Shown here piece after piece: positions 43,490 through 57,291 of a stretch of 64,000 bases of DNA. Where the stretch lies: positions 10,540,001 through 10,604,000 of the forward strand of contig OX597828.1 of the NCBI GenBank assembly GCA_951406725.2. The letters are read 5' to 3'. Positions within the stretch are counted from its first letter, which is position 1; each line of letters starts with the position of its first letter. The DNA comes from Octopus vulgaris (taxonomy: Eukaryota). The position numbers were made by a program, and so were the translations under genes. The notes under the pieces were generated by a model that did not search any database, had not been told where the DNA came from, and saw only the letters and a program-made list of their open reading frames with translations.

Positions 43490-43491
<2 letters not shown>
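42335..43491 (+). mobile_element. Tc1 (DD34E) element with frameshifted transposase; right TIR present
   Basis: MTDLSDFQRGQIVGARMAGAS (42423), RKPLLS, VIFSDE, FQVHNAPIY, WPLQSPDLNIIEHLW. Ends GTTTCCATTATTTTGTCCAACCCCTG. Confidence 0.93.
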
Positions 43492-43553
<62 letters not shown>

Positions 43554-43699
43554 TACATGTGCATACACACACACGTATAGAGATAGATAGATAGATAGGC
43601 ACAGAAATGGGTGCATGCATGCATCTATGCGTGTTTGTGTGTGTGTGTGTGTGTGCATGTGTGTGCGTGCGTGTGTATGTAATGCATCTATGTATATGA

Positions 43700-44010
43700 G
43701 TGAGAAAGAGGCCGAGGGGAAGTGAAAATAATCAAGAAAGATTAACCATTCGTTCACAGCTGTCATTTTGCAACTATTGTTAGTCAAAATGGACATCCTA
43801 CTTAAAGGTCAAGCTATAGGAAAGAAAGATTCAGTAAATGACAGCTATTTTACTGCGCTCCATTACTACAAAATATTTTAGTCGCATCTTTAGGATAGCA
43901 TTTATCTCTCCGCCATTTCGTCTGGCCTCCAACGGATGCCACATCATATGCAGCCTTATGAGAAAGACGTATCTCGTAAGGCTGCGCCTTAAATAGAAGC
44001 ATATAAATAC
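43700..44010 (-). pseudogene. Decayed Cys-loop receptor fragment (pre-M1 to M2)
   Basis: INAILKMRLKYFVV (~FxLxLxRxxxYFV), LQNDSCERM (~LPxDSGERM). Confidence 0.35.
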
Positions 44011-44059
44011 CACTAAAACACATATGTACGTATGAGTATGTACGTACTTACTTTCTCTG

Positions 44060-45060
44060 AGCAATATACCAGCATTAGTGACCTTGACATCAGAATTATC
44101 ATGGATGCCAGAAAGTTAATTCTGGCCCACGACGATTCCTTTTGGGGAAAGGAAAGAAGGTGACCCATTTTTGGACGTATCTATGGGGAGATTTGATGGG
44201 GTCGAAATCGACGATCTCGTCGGGTTATACATCTCGGATACCCTCAAGAGACTACCTAATCTCTCGGCCAATATACAGATCTCTAATAGGGCTGCCCCAG
44301 CCCACGACAATGATGCTTTGGTTAGGAGCGGGTTTACGGAGCTCACGTATGTTCACAAACCCCAAACACCCTCTCAACCTAGCAGTTTCCACCAACATTT
44401 CTAGGGGCTTCCTGTCGTTAAGAAACACACCCCAAGAAGTATTACAAACGCTTCAACCCCTATTATGTCAAACTGAACTACTCCTGCTTAGACAACACTG
44501 CATCTAATATCGCACGCATCAATAGACGTAAAAGTGATCCCACACCACCTCCATCCCCAACCTGCAACTTCTGAAACCCCACCATGTGCCCTGTAGAAGA
44601 ATCTTGTATCTCAAGGTCCGTAGTATACAGAGCTGCTCTTACACAATCCAATTACTAGGACAGTTAATGACTTCAAGAGAAAATGCTCCCAGGATATGCA
44701 CTCGTTCAGATCCAGGGATAGAGAGAACTTTATTTCCTTGCCTCCTTTTCTCTGGAGACACTGAGATCTGCAAGATGAAATACCCAGCATCAAGTACATT
44801 ATTGTCGAGAGAGTACCACCATATTCACCCAGCACCCCTATCTGCCAGCTCTGCCACCACGAAAAACTGCATATCCTCCAACATCCCACAGTATCCACCA
44901 AAAAGAAATACGATTTATTGTATTACTGCATATCTTCCCGTCTCTCTGAGGACGGAACTCTTGTCCGTCACAGGAATCGAAACTAAAATCTTACGATTAT
45001 GCGTGTAATACCTCATCACGAAGCCACACGCTTCTACAGACATATACGCCTCTATTCCCA
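44060..45060 (+). mobile_element. Second degraded Naiad-type PLE (RT remnant plus GIY-YIG C-terminus), internally deleted
   Basis: IRIIMDARK, DVSMGRFDGVEIDDLVGLYI, VKLNYSCL, CPVEESC..VVYRA, PYSPSTPICQLCHHEKLHI. A degenerate CUGAGGA..GAAAC follows at 44946-44983. Confidence 0.8.
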
Positions 45061-45126
45061 CACACCTATACACACACACAACACACTCACACACACAAAC
45101 ACACATTCATACAACAAATATTTACA

Positions 45127-45181
<55 letters not shown>

Positions 45182-45184
45182 ATA

Positions 45185-45230
<46 letters not shown>

Positions 45231-45306
45231 CATTTATTGATATATTTATGTATGCATATTGCATGTTGTATAATTTTATATATGCATTCATATAAATATA
45301 TGAACA

Positions 45307-45705
45307 GTAGTGGCTGTGTGGTAAGTAGTTTTTTTACCAACCACATGGTTCCGGGTTCAGTCCCTCTGCGTGGCACCTTGGGCATGTGTATTCTATTATA
45401 GCCTCGGGCCGACCAAAGCCTTGTGAGTGGATTTGGTAGATGTAAACTGAAAGAAGCCCGTCGTATATATGTATATATATATATATGTGTGTGTGCGTGT
45501 ATGTTTGTGTTTGTCCCCCTAGCATTGCTTGACAACCGATGCTGGTGTGTTTGTATCCCCGTCACTTAACGGTTCGGCAATAGAGACCGATAGAATAAGT
45601 ACTGGGCTTACAATGAATAAGTCCCGGGGTCGCGTTGTTCGATTTAAGGCGGTGCTCCAGTATGGCCGCAGTCAAATGACTGAAACAAGTAAAAGAGTAA
45701 AAGAT
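45307..45705 (+). mobile_element. SINE family 1, full length
   Basis: Complete head, body and tail. Confidence 0.9.
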
Positions 45706-45869
45706 TATATATATAGGCGAAACAAATATATTTATAAGTAGATTACTAATTTAGTGCCTATCAATAAGACATGTATTTTCTAGCACAAAAATAAATGGTA
45801 TACACACACACACATACGCACGTACATTATCATGCTATGTAATATAGCGCACTTCATATCCTGAATAGA

Positions 45870-46660
45870 TTGGTGTTTCTTTATAGCATGCGATCAGAGA
45901 GTAAGACATGGTTACGAGATACGAATATAGAAATTTTTCTGTATTCCTCATATGAAGAAAATACTATCCTATTAGCTGATCTCTAGCGAAACATAATGAA
46001 ACCCTAGTTATAGAATGGAGCCCAATATTTCTAATTCTATTCGCAGTGAATTATATCAGCCATATCTTGAGAGTATCTATAATTTTTATTTTTGTCACTT
46101 AAATACTGAAAAATTCTATTAGAATACCAACACTGTAGATCCTTTAATCTATATTAAGAAAATGTGTATATCATCCGTGTTTGCATGTAACCCGTCCATT
46201 TTCGTTATTGTCTGGAACTTTTACCTAACAAAGATTCAATCCATATAAACTCTGCCGCGTCAGGAAATACAAAAATTAATATCCTTATAGCAGATGTCTT
46301 AAGGTTTATGACGAATGTCGCAGGCCTTTGATAACACGTCCAGAATGACATTTATTGCATGTAGTTTTCTGGTTACATAATTTTCTAGGATTAGAATATT
46401 AAAAATATCACAGAAAACGTTTGAGAGAATGAAGAAACATAGATTGCAATGAAAAATGTCATTCCACCATAGCAAATATATCGAGATATTGATTGCAATG
46501 GTGACAATTATTTCGTTAGTGTAATATTTGTCCAGGTTATTAAATGTAGAAGTATATTACCAAACAAGTTTTTAAATATTTCTCTGAAATAATACTAAGA
46601 ATCAAAAAGGCAGAATAAGTTAAATTGCTTAAAGCTATTATTAGTATACTATACTCGGGA
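45870..46660 (+). pseudogene. Decayed Cys-loop receptor gene
   Basis: LYSSYEEN (45939; compare IIYSYEEN at ~54430), VYHPCLHV (~VWxPDLxV), AFDNTSRMTFIACS (~PFDxQxCxxxFxxW), NYFVSVIF (M1 start). Confidence 0.4.
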
Positions 46661-47004
46661 GGTCATGGATTGGCTGAATTTGTCGTGCCTTGTACAAAAT
46701 GCTTTGAGTTTTTCTTCCGAATCGTTCCTTTCTGTGTTCAGTCCCGGCTGGGTCAATTTTCTCTTCCTTAATCCTGGTTTGGATCCCGGTCTAGATTATC
46801 ACTCAACTAACGTAGCAGTGTAGAACTGGTGGCCTTGTGCCTAGATCAGAAATATTTCTATGGATAGGCGGAGACCTTAAAACATTGAACCAATGGATTG
46901 GTGGTACTTACTTATTCTCTTTTTTTTTTATTCTCATATGAAATCCTCTTGATGTTCAATTTACTTTGTCTCCTTCAGAGATTCATTAATATAAAATACC
47001 TGTT

Positions 47005-47232
47005 TCTTTACTACCCACAAGGGGCTAAACATAGAGGAGACAAACAAGGACAGACAGACGTATTAAGTCGATTATATTGAGCCCAGTGCGTAACTGGTAG
47101 TTAACTTATCGACCCCGAAAGGATGAAAGGCAAAGTCGGCCTCGGCGGAAATTGAACTCAGAACGTAATGGCAGACGAAATACCGCTCGGCATCTCGCTC
47201 GACGTGCTAACGACTCTGCCAGTTCGCCGCCA
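47005..47232 (-). mobile_element. SINE family 3, single-unit copy
   Basis: Reverse complement of the family-3 head and body. Confidence 0.88.
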
Positions 47233-47936
47233 TAATATAAAATATAAAATACCGTTCATGTATTCTGATGCATACCAGCAGCCACAACAAATTCATGTAT
47301 TATTCATATGATGTGCTGACAAAAATTTGAAATCCGTTTCCTAAACACTTACTCTTTTACTTGTTTCAGTTATTGTACTGTGCACACGCTGGGGCTCTGC
47401 ATTCAAGAATTTTCAATCATTTGAAACACAAAACCTACCCTGGTCTAGTAGCATTTATATCGTTCTCTACTTTGCATTATAGGTTGCTACTCAAGATACT
47501 GCAAAAGCCCCACCTCCCCATAAAAAAAACAAAAAGAAAGCTCAAGTAAGCAAATTTACCTCAGTTGGATATGAAATCAGAAAACAGCATGCATTCAATA
47601 CGACACTCCAGTATTCGAAGAATTCTCATGGTAATTATTGCGATTGTGATAAAATTCCATCTGACAACATTTGTTGTAATTTGTTCTGCCGGTACTGAAC
47701 GTAATCATACAAATACTTCTAAAATCAGTTAAGGATAAATTATTAAAACCTGAGTAAATTAAGATTAAATTCTTAAGAAATAGCAAAACATGTCACTTGA
47801 TTCGAAAGAGATGAGTGTAACTACGAATAAATATAGGTTTCACATTTTGAAGCAAGGCCACCAATACATCGACCCCAGTGCTCAACTGGTCCTTTAAAAT
47901 ACAATTAAAATACAATTTAATGAAGTCGGTAATAAT

Positions 47937-48177
47937 TCTTTTACTATTTTACTTGTTTCAGTCATTTGACAGTGGCTATGCTGGAGCACCGCCTTTTAGT
48001 CGAAGAAATCGACCCCAGAACTTATTCTTTGTAAGCCTAGTACTTATTATATCGGTCTCTTTTTCCCGAACCGCTAAGTTACGGGGACGTAAACACTCCA
48101 GCATAGGTTGTCAAGCGATGTTTGAGGACAAACAGACGCACAAACACACACACACACATATACACACATATATATAC

Positions 48178-48224
<47 letters not shown>

Positions 48225-48390
48225 TACGACGGGCTTCTTTCAGTTTCCATCTACCAAATCCACTCACAAGGCTTTGGTCGGCCCGAGGCTATAGTAGAAG
48301 ACACTCGGCCAAGTTGCCACGCAGTGAGACTGAACCCAGAATCATGTGGTTAGTAAGCAAACTACTTACCACACAACCACTCCTACGCCT
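47937..48390 (-). mobile_element. SINE family 1, full length
   Basis: Complete element with internal (GA)n. Confidence 0.9.
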
Positions 48391-49559
48391 AACATTTAAA
48401 ATTTATTCCTAGTGCAAAATGCTTAGCGCCATTTCGTCTGTCTTCTCGACCTGAGTTCAAATTCTGCGGAGGTTGATTTGCCTGTCATCCTTACGAGGTC
48501 GATGTTTTTTTCTCGTCATGGTTTAGTCTTTATTGAGAAGATGCAATCTTTTATGGAAAAATATATATAATCATTACACACTAAGTCATATCTTTTCTCA
48601 TGTGCATAACGTAAGATTTTGAAGGAAGTTTGACTAATATTTCTAGTAGGTTGATTGGTTGTAGTAGGTGTTACACTTGTGGACAGGAATCCGTAGTTTC
48701 GAATCCTCCACCAGGCAACATATTATGTCTTTCAGCAGGACATTTCATTTCTCATTTCTGGTGTCAGCAGCTCAAATATTTATCATGCTGAAAGAATGCC
48801 CCACGTCCCTCCAATTGTTACACACTGTAAGTTCAACTATCGCACCCATAGACGGTCCAATTAAGCCTGTGTGCCTCCGTGTGGTATATCTCCGACAATG
48901 TAGGCACCTTCAAAAATTTGTGAAAGCATGGTTCATGTTGCTAAAGTCAAACAAGCATAACTAAAATCTTTCAAGTAATAATGGGACATTTGATGGCGAA
49001 GTAAGTTACAATTTCAGTATATGTGGTATATCCAAGATGAAGTAATCCGAGATTAATTTGCAAAATCTCACAGAATTTTAAAGAGAAACGATTAAAGAAA
49101 ATACAAATAATGCAACGATATCTAAAAAAAATTGAGTATTAGGATACATTCCGAAATTATATAAGCGACCAAGTATAATTCCTCATCACAACGAGATAAA
49201 TAATAAATGCAAAAAGGAAGAATAGATTCAGACATACAGACAGCAAAGAGATAATGATAGGCAACAAAAAATGAGGAGAATTATAGGAAAACAAACATTA
49301 TAGAAAGGAAAATTATGAGAATGAATAAAAAACAAAAGAAAGACTGCTTGACATTTCGATGTATGATGCAGACGACAGTTTTGAGATCTATGATTTGGAT
49401 TGTATTTCAGACAATGTTTTGTTGACTAGATGATGGGAAAAAATAATTACGATATACAATTATGTATCCTTCTACAGTAATTTGCATCACTTCCATCTCG
49501 CTTTTAACTTCACATACACTACACCACCCATGACACACGCAGGCATATATATTCATATT

Positions 49560-49591
<32 letters not shown>

Positions 49592-49872
49592 CATATATAT
49601 ATATGTGTTTGTGTGTGCGTGTATAAATATGTATATATATACATATGCATGTCTGTCTGTATGTATTTATGTATGTATGTATGTATGTATGTATGTATGT
49701 ATGTATGTATGTAGAGGTATATTCAAACGTGTAGCTATAAAATTATGTCTAAATTTACTGCCGCACAAATACTGATGTACACTCATGGAAGCGCACTGAA
49801 ATGCAAAAGGCGTACATATACGGAAACGATGACCAAGTATATGACTGCTCAGATTGGCAGTTTACAGACACA

Positions 49873-49982
<110 letters not shown>

Positions 49983-50033
49983 TGTGTGTGTATGTGTATG
50001 TATTTATGTATATATATGTATATATATATATAT

Positions 50034-50070
<37 letters not shown>

Positions 50071-50246
50071 AAGAAATGTAGTGAAATAGAGAGACACAGA
50101 AGTAGAGGGGTATGACAAATTCAATGTATTGTAAGAACGCAAAACATCCAGACAGTTAGGTGATACAAAAATAGGGAAAACCAAACATCCAATCATTCGA
50201 TACAAAGAAAACAAGGACAATCGTCTGTCCTTGTTTTCTTTGTATC

Positions 50247-50455
50247 AGCGTGCTTCCATAAAGTCTCCTGCTGGGGAAACTGTAGCCGAAACAGTTGTCA
50301 TACTACGAGTAGATTATAAGGACGTTGCCATAAGCAAGACACAAGTTTACCAGTGGTTTTCAGGCCTTAGGAATGTTGACTTGTAGCTTGAGGACCAATC
50401 TCGTTCAGGTCGACCGCCGGACTCCTTAACGAATGAAAACAAAAAAATTCATGAA
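50247..50455 (+). mobile_element. Mariner transposase N-terminal (HTH) fragment
   Basis: AETVVILR..YKDVAISKTQVYQWF..LEDQSRSGRP. Confidence 0.75.
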
Positions 50456-50775
50456 GTTCATTCATCCGCCCCGCCTTCATGAAAGTGAAATTGGTTATTA
50501 TGACGCGTGAAATCTCTAGTTAGAGAAACACAATTATGAAACCGATTTCTCTACAGATTAGAATAACCGGTTTCATCTTTGTATTACTCTAAAGATGAAA
50601 CCGGTTAGTGAGTAACCGGTTTCATCATTATCAGTAATCATATCGATAAGATATGAAACTCATATCTTATTGATTGCAGTTTAGGTTTCTATTCTGGGCA
50701 ACTAAATAATGCATTCATATTGGTCCAGTGCACACAGCAAACAGAAGTCACGCAACGACAGACCTGCGTCTCGTC

Positions 50776-51437
50776 CGCGAAATTTTTTCCCACAAGTGTT
50801 CCGGACCCCAGTAATGAACTCATTTGCATAAGCCAATCAGAACTCACCTTGAAAACCTAGATACTGTGTACTACTACACTAGAATCAGTCAAGCATAGAA
50901 TGGTGTATGCCCCTGTGAGTACAGCATAACATAATTCATATAAGCACCACATTGCCGCCCCCTATCGTCATAGATCAATTGAGCACCATCTGTATATGGG
51001 GCTAACATTAGGTACCTATGCTCAGACTTGGATTAGTGATACAGCATGTATCCTTTGAGCGCAATATGACACGGCGCCTACTGATTACGATGTTTCCAAA
51101 TCAACACCAACATTTTAAATGAGGAATATTTAAAATCAGCAAAAACTTGGGAACTGCACACATTTACATTTTCTAGCAAATTTAGCCAATTGGCAACATT
51201 TATGGCATCATCGGTGGGCAGTTCTCATTTCACATTATACACTAAATTTCACATTGGTCACCCCTATTAACCCGCTTAGGACAGTTAGATTTTGCTAAAA
51301 TGCACATTTCTACTGCACTCAACCAGAGTATTTTCGTGATTAGGTGGACATGAGTTTCATAGTTGAGCTCTGATTGGCTGTAAGCAAATGAGTTTATAAC
51401 TGGGGTCCGGAACTCTCGTGAGAAAAATAATTTCGCG
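50776..51437. mobile_element. Pair of ~75-bp inverted arms, copy 2 (opposite orientation to copy 1)
   Basis: The left arm matches the reverse complement of 34291-34369; the right arm matches 33854-33925. Confidence 0.65.
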
Positions 51438-51599
51438 TTTCGTCCAATGGGGAAATATATACGTCACAGCATCCGGGAAATCGTTCGTATAAGCCTATGC
51501 CACAGGAGAGATCTTTGATCCTTTCCGATGCATGTATATATGTATACATGCATACATACATACATACACAAACACACATACATACATACACACACATAA

Positions 51600-52142
51600 A
51601 AGTAATGTTTATAGCCACGTCAATTTGATTTTTCAGTAGGAACTGATGTTACTGCCGTTTGAACGCCAGAAGAAGCCTCCTCCAGCTGGTTATCGATACA
51701 ATATATATCGGTTCAGTTTGCATCGATTGGAGGCGCAATGACCCAGTGGTTAGGACAGCGGTCTCGTGGTCGGCGGATCGCGGTTTCGATTCCCAGTCTG
51801 GGTCTTGTGTGTGTTTATTGAGTGAAAACATCTAAAAGCTCTACGATGCTCCGGCAGTGGGGGGGGTGACCCCAGTTTTACTCTTTCGCCACAATTTTCT
51901 CTCACTCTCTCTTCCTGTTTCTTGAGTAACGCTGCGATGGACTGGCGTCCTGTCCAGCTGGGGCGAACACATACGCCAGAGAAACCGGGAAACCTAGCCC
52001 ATGAGCCTGGCTAGTCTTGAAAAAGGCGACGTTTATCGTTTGCATCGATAACCAGCTTGTGGAGGCTCCTTCTGGAGTTAAGAAATGTAGTAACTTCGGT
52101 TTCTACAGAATAATCAAATCAAAGTGGTGATAAACTTTACTT
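51600..52142. mobile_element. Hairpin (fold-back) MITE with ~98-bp arms, split at its loop by a SINE
   Basis: 51600-51697 is an imperfect reverse complement of 52044-52142. Confidence 0.8.
51728..52037 (+). mobile_element. Family-2 SINE (2a-like head, 2b-like tail), 12-bp TSD
   Basis: GTTTGCATCGAT at 51716-51727 and 52038-52049. Confidence 0.88.
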
Positions 52143-52149
52143 CTCAGTA

Positions 52150-52570
52150 TAGTTACTGCTTCCATCTCTTATAGGTATTTTCTAATTTGCTACTTTGCTC
52201 GTTGCCTTATAAGATATAGTTTCCGGTAAAAACTGTGGTTCCCTATGCAAAGCTCGTCCCCTGTTATTGGCCACCGGATGTCATCATACATTGCAAAAGC
52301 TCTTGCTCTTGGATATGCATCGGGATTTCCACTGTATCTGTAGTGTTTATATAAATAGATGAATAGGAGAAAATTTTCGACGGCATTCTTTAAAATCGAT
52401 TTATTTAAGTTCAGCAATTTGTCTACAAATATCTGAAATTAGCACCCTGCTTTACTTGTCTCTATGAGTGTATATCTGCTTCCTTCAAGCTATCAATTGG
52501 TTTGTTATTTTGCATACTTGTATACGAAGCCTACACCATCCCATTTTTGGATAAATAAAATATACGAAAT
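52150..52570 (-). pseudogene. Decayed Cys-loop receptor fragment
   Basis: ORF 52190-52417: ILKNAVENF, YRYSGNPDAYP (~VxYxGxVxWxP), DDIRWP..DELCI (Cys-loop-like). Confidence 0.35.
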
Positions 52571-52582
52571 AGTTTGTTTGGT

Positions 52583-52876
52583 CCTTCTCAAGCCATACCT
52601 AGCTCATAAGGGCCGGTTTCCCAGTTTCCTTGGCGTATAGGTTCCCCACCTCTACGGAACGCCTGTCCGTCGCAGGTGAGCTGCAAGATGCAGGAGGAAA
52701 GAGTGAGAGAAAGTTGTGGCGAAAGAGTCAGCATAAGTTCGCCATTACCTTCTGCCGGAGCTGCGTGGAGCTTAGGTGTTTCGCTCATAAACACACACAT
52801 CGCCCGGTCTGAGATTCGAACCCGCGATCCCTCGACCACGAGTCCGCTGCTCTAACCACTAGGCCATGTGCCTCCA
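52583..52876 (-). mobile_element. SINE family 2b
   Basis: Near-identical to 36840-37135. Confidence 0.9.
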
Positions 52877-53129
52877 GTTACGGAATACTACTAGAAAAGA
52901 AAGCAGCGTAGCCGCAACCTTGTAAATGTAATAACAGAAAGTTTAAAATATAAAATATCTGGGATAATAGACTATGTAGAAGAGTTTTAGAGAGTGCTAG
53001 TAACGTCAGTATTAATTTCGTACCTATTATTTTGTCCTCTAGATGATTAAACCATAAATAGTATTAATGATTAAATTATGATACGAAATGGAGTGACGGT
53101 AAAAATCTATCGTTGTACACAAATTTCTG

Positions 53130-54503
53130 AGATATACGCTCAGTTAAACTGAAATGACAGCCATATTGACAATCGAGAGAGAAAACAACAAATCTTCAAA
53201 TTCGTTCTAAAAACCTCAATACTTTCTCCGCGATGGAAACTTGACATTTTGTAAACCATGCTTCAGCTAAAATATGTTGCTGCTTCAGCAAATTTCCCCC
53301 GTTCTGTATCAACACATTCTTTGCCATCGTGAAATATGTCGACCCATCAGGAATTTTGGTGCTATATTTCAATTTGCTTTCTTTATTGACTGCTTCTTCA
53401 TTGTATAAACGCAAATGTGTCTTTATTCCATACGTAAACCATATTTTGGTTTTTCCAAGAACGTTTAACGTCGTTTGAAGGGTCCTAGGCTACTTTGTGT
53501 GAAAAATTATACGACGAGTTAACATTCACTCGTTCGCTTGTGACTCTTTCAATGCCGTTTCTGGAACCAAATAAAGTTCCTAATCAAAGTTCTTCAGATT
53601 CGTTAGTTTTAATTTTTTCCCTATATTACTAAATGTATTAAAACCTTCTTTTATGACATATGGTATCTCTTCCAGTGTACAGGATGCACCGAAAGCGAAT
53701 TCGGTTAGACAAGTGGATGTAAAGTACACATTGCTTTATATATCCTAGATATTCTTCTTTTGTTTTGCATTTTATTTTTTATTTTTTTCAAAGTAAAAGA
53801 GTGTCAAAAAATTGCCATACTTCCTATATACAAGGTTGAGTCTATATTACATGTGTTAATGTGCTAAAGGCATTTTCTCGGAATACACTACCGTGCTTGT
53901 GTTGAATCTAATATATCCGTTCACCAACTACACTAAATACACCAAAGAAAAGCAAAATACTTACGGTTCCTGTTTGAAAAAAAAATATTCATGGACGTAT
54001 TACATGTGATTTGAACGCACAATATATATCAGAGTAAGGTGAACATCGTCACTGCATTTTCGCCCTCCTTTGATATAATACCATGCATCTGTTTCTTGTT
54101 TGCCGAATCGAAATCCAAGCTTCGATATGTAAGAGACAGTGACTAATACTGAATGTCTATTGGGCAATACAAAACTCCGTGAACACAATTGAAATAGCAT
54201 GAAAGTAAAATCGCCATCTTTGTATCTTACTAAATGTATATACAGCATTGAAAGCTATGAAACTCTGACATTCGTTCACAATACCAGTAAAGGCATTATC
54301 CCCTGTTTTACATATGCCAAAGCAAAAACCTCGGTTTGGCAAGTGGAAAACGGATGCAGAGCATGGAAAATCGCCATGTATGGCGAAACGCGTCTGCCAT
54401 TCTCACGAGTACCTACTGCAATGATGTTTTCCTCATAACTATATATAATGCTCTGTTGTATCTGGGGAGAGACAAGAATATTAAAAAAGGTTGCAAGACG
54501 CAA
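53130..54503 (-). pseudogene. Decayed Cys-loop/nAChR-like receptor gene, full ~450-codon span, no intron evident
   Basis: Signal-like MRLATFFNILVS, YEENIIAV..VSPYMAI..CQT (~YxxxVRPV..V..L..QT), VLVTVSY, LVNGY..NTS, YRLNLVYRK, KVLRFLERI*RFVVFSLSIVNMAVI (M4, 53147-53230). Confidence 0.55.
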
Positions 54504-55099
54504 CGAAAATTTTAGGAAAATAAAAATAAGAAATAAGTGGAAATTTTACCGGTGAGTGTGTTAAATTATAAGGCACAAAAATAAAATGACTCTCCGCACA
54601 CACACAAGAATATGATTCAACACACGTACTCACATAAAGAATCTTGCAAATCTAATCCAAAAACGAAATATATATAATGGGTATTTCATTTATGTGAATG
54701 AAGACATTCTCACGTTGACAAAATCGGAACATCTTGCCTTTGAAACAGATATATACATTTACCATAATAGAGTGCGATATTTATTTAATGCAGTTTTATT
54801 TGCGTTCATTGAAGTCTAGCAGTGTATTTTGTACTTGTTATTCGTAACTGTATATATTGGTAAGGAAAGGAATGTAATTAGAGATTTAATATGCTCATAG
54901 ATTCTCAATACCCATGTAGTGAATACCTTGTGTACTCAAAGTTCGTTATGGATTTCGGGTCAGATATATATTCCCGTCAGGTAAAGCACTGGGGACTGAA
55001 AAAATATATGGGGACATGAATTAGGCGGTTAATTGCGTTCCAGATTTTTAGCTCATTCGTACCTCATGTTATAGTGCATATATTTCAGCAGATTATTTA

Positions 55100-55790
55100 T
55101 TTGTGAGTGTGACTCTATGAAGGGGGAATCTAATAATACTATTCTGACCTCATGCGGAAATATTCACTGTAAACAGGCGACAAAGAGAGAAAACCAGAAA
55201 AAGGAAAAATTAACTACGCAACAGACAATGTCGAGGGTTACACTCATACGTGAACACATTTATAGAATGGCTGCTGTAATTCATAGCCTCTGGGAGTGGC
55301 ATGGATTGTTGCATTTGAGCAATTTATCACAATTTACGAACCGTTATGCATTGTGTTTTCATTTATAAAACAATGTTGCTTCTGGATATTGATTTCGCAT
55401 ACTTTGTGTAAAATACGTTTGCATCCCACGTGCCAGCTTCTGGACATTGGTGAGATAAGTTGTAATCCCGTGTGCGTCATCTTATAGAAAGGCACAACAA
55501 TTCGACATAACAAGTTCCGGTCAGTCTGCGATAGAATAATTTAAGCATATGACGGGTTATCCTACGATGGAAAAATAATGATCGGTGAGTGGAGTGCCAA
55601 GGTCATTTGAAAGTCAGAGTTGATATTGTAGGTTCTCAGCCAAGATGGACAACAGTTCAACGCATAATAATGCATGGATGCCACCGTTCTGGTATAGAAA
55701 AAAAATCATCTTCTTTAGGGGTTTGGCTTCACAGCCAACACAGCGTTGCAGTTCAAGTTGGAGTTCACGTAAACTAAACGCCTCTTCAAT
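55100..55790 (-). pseudogene. Decayed Cys-loop receptor gene (extracellular domain to M1)
   Basis: VELLSILAENLQYQL, TDHYF, *PELVMSN (~55500-55522), VCEINIQK followed by QHCFI (Cys-loop). Confidence 0.45.
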
Positions 55791-55902
55791 CATTCTACTC
55801 TAGAGACTTCAAACGCTATTGCATTTCTTGTCTTCAGCTTATAAAAGAAATATTAATATATGCATGTATGTATATGTTTGTAAGTATGGATACCTATCTA
55901 TA

Positions 55903-55966
<64 letters not shown>

Positions 55967-56463
55967 AAACTATCTATCTATATATATTTATATATATATA
56001 TATTATTATAACATAGTATAGACAGATAGATATAGGAAAATAAACGCGCACACTTAGACAGACACTCGCTTATGCATACGTATGTACGTATACGTGTCTG
56101 CCTGTCTGTCTGCCTGCCATTCAGTCTGTCTGTCTATCTGGAGGTATGTATGTATGCATGTATGTATGTATGTATGTGTGTATATGTATATATATGTATA
56201 TATCTATGTACCTATGTATAAATTGCTGGTGCGTTACCTCTGCTCTGCTTCGATGTGATGCAGTACAACGCATTATATCGACAGGATTTAGTCAACAACA
56301 TATACATAGATAAATGTAAACATCATGCTTACAGGAGAGAATACCTTCGTGGTTAGACAAAGAGGGATCAATCAACGAGACAGCTTTGAATGCATCAGCG
56401 ATCGTTCACCCATCTTCGCTACTCACGGTCACACTGATTCTCATATACACGCAAAGACATTGG

Positions 56464-56498
<35 letters not shown>

Positions 56499-56499
<1 letters not shown>

Positions 56500-56895
56500 G
56501 GTGTAGGAGTGGCTGTGTGATAAGTAGCTTGCTTACGAACCACATGGTTCCGGGTTCAGTCCCACTGTGTGGCACCTTAGGTGTCTTCAACTATAGCCTC
56601 GCGCCGACCAAAGCCTTGTGGGTAGATTTGGTAGACGGAAACTGAAGAGACACCCGTCGTATATATGTATATATATGTATGTGTATGTGTGTGTATAGTG
56701 TATATGTTTGTGTATCTGTGTTTGATCTCCCAACATCACTTGACAACCGATGCTGGTGTGTTTACGACCCCGTAACTTAGCGGTTTGGCCAAAGAGACCG
56801 ATAGAATAAGTACTAGGTTTACAAAGTCCTGGGGGTCGATTTGCTCGACTAAAGGCGGTACTCCAGCATGACCACAGTCAAATGACTGAAACAAG
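56499..56895 (+). mobile_element. SINE family 1, full length
   Basis: Complete head, body and tail. Confidence 0.9.
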
Positions 56896-56927
<32 letters not shown>

Positions 56928-57291
56928 TCCTTGTATGTAGTTAAATATACGTATGTCTATGTTTATGTATGTTTGTGCCATATTAACCATTTGTTCATAT
57001 AACATTCTCCACGCGTGAAATATAGTTTTTTTAATATCTTTTATCTTTTATATGTCAGTTCACTGCGGCCATGCTGGTGCACCACCTTCAAGGCTTTTAG
57101 TCAATCAAATCAACGTTGGCGCTTCTTTATTTTAAGCCTGGGATTTATTCTGTCGGTTTCTTTGGCCGAACCTCTAGGTAACGGTGTATTAATCTCCTGG
57201 CGCAGGATGTCTAGCGGTGGTGGAGGACAAACACATACACATAGACAAACACACGCAAAGATACATCCATTCATCCATCCATCCATACATG

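Noticed and set aside
44563-44580. In-frame TGA beside the Cys motif of the Naiad element (possible selenocysteine)
   Set aside because: It falls at the Arg position of C-N-C-R (CGA>TGA CpG decay) in a heavily degraded copy. The Cys codons in the other copy are TGY.
53955-53970. GTAAGT donor-like site on the minus strand (also an acceptor-like site at ~29165)
   Set aside because: No partner splice site or open exon; better explained as chance within decayed coding relics.
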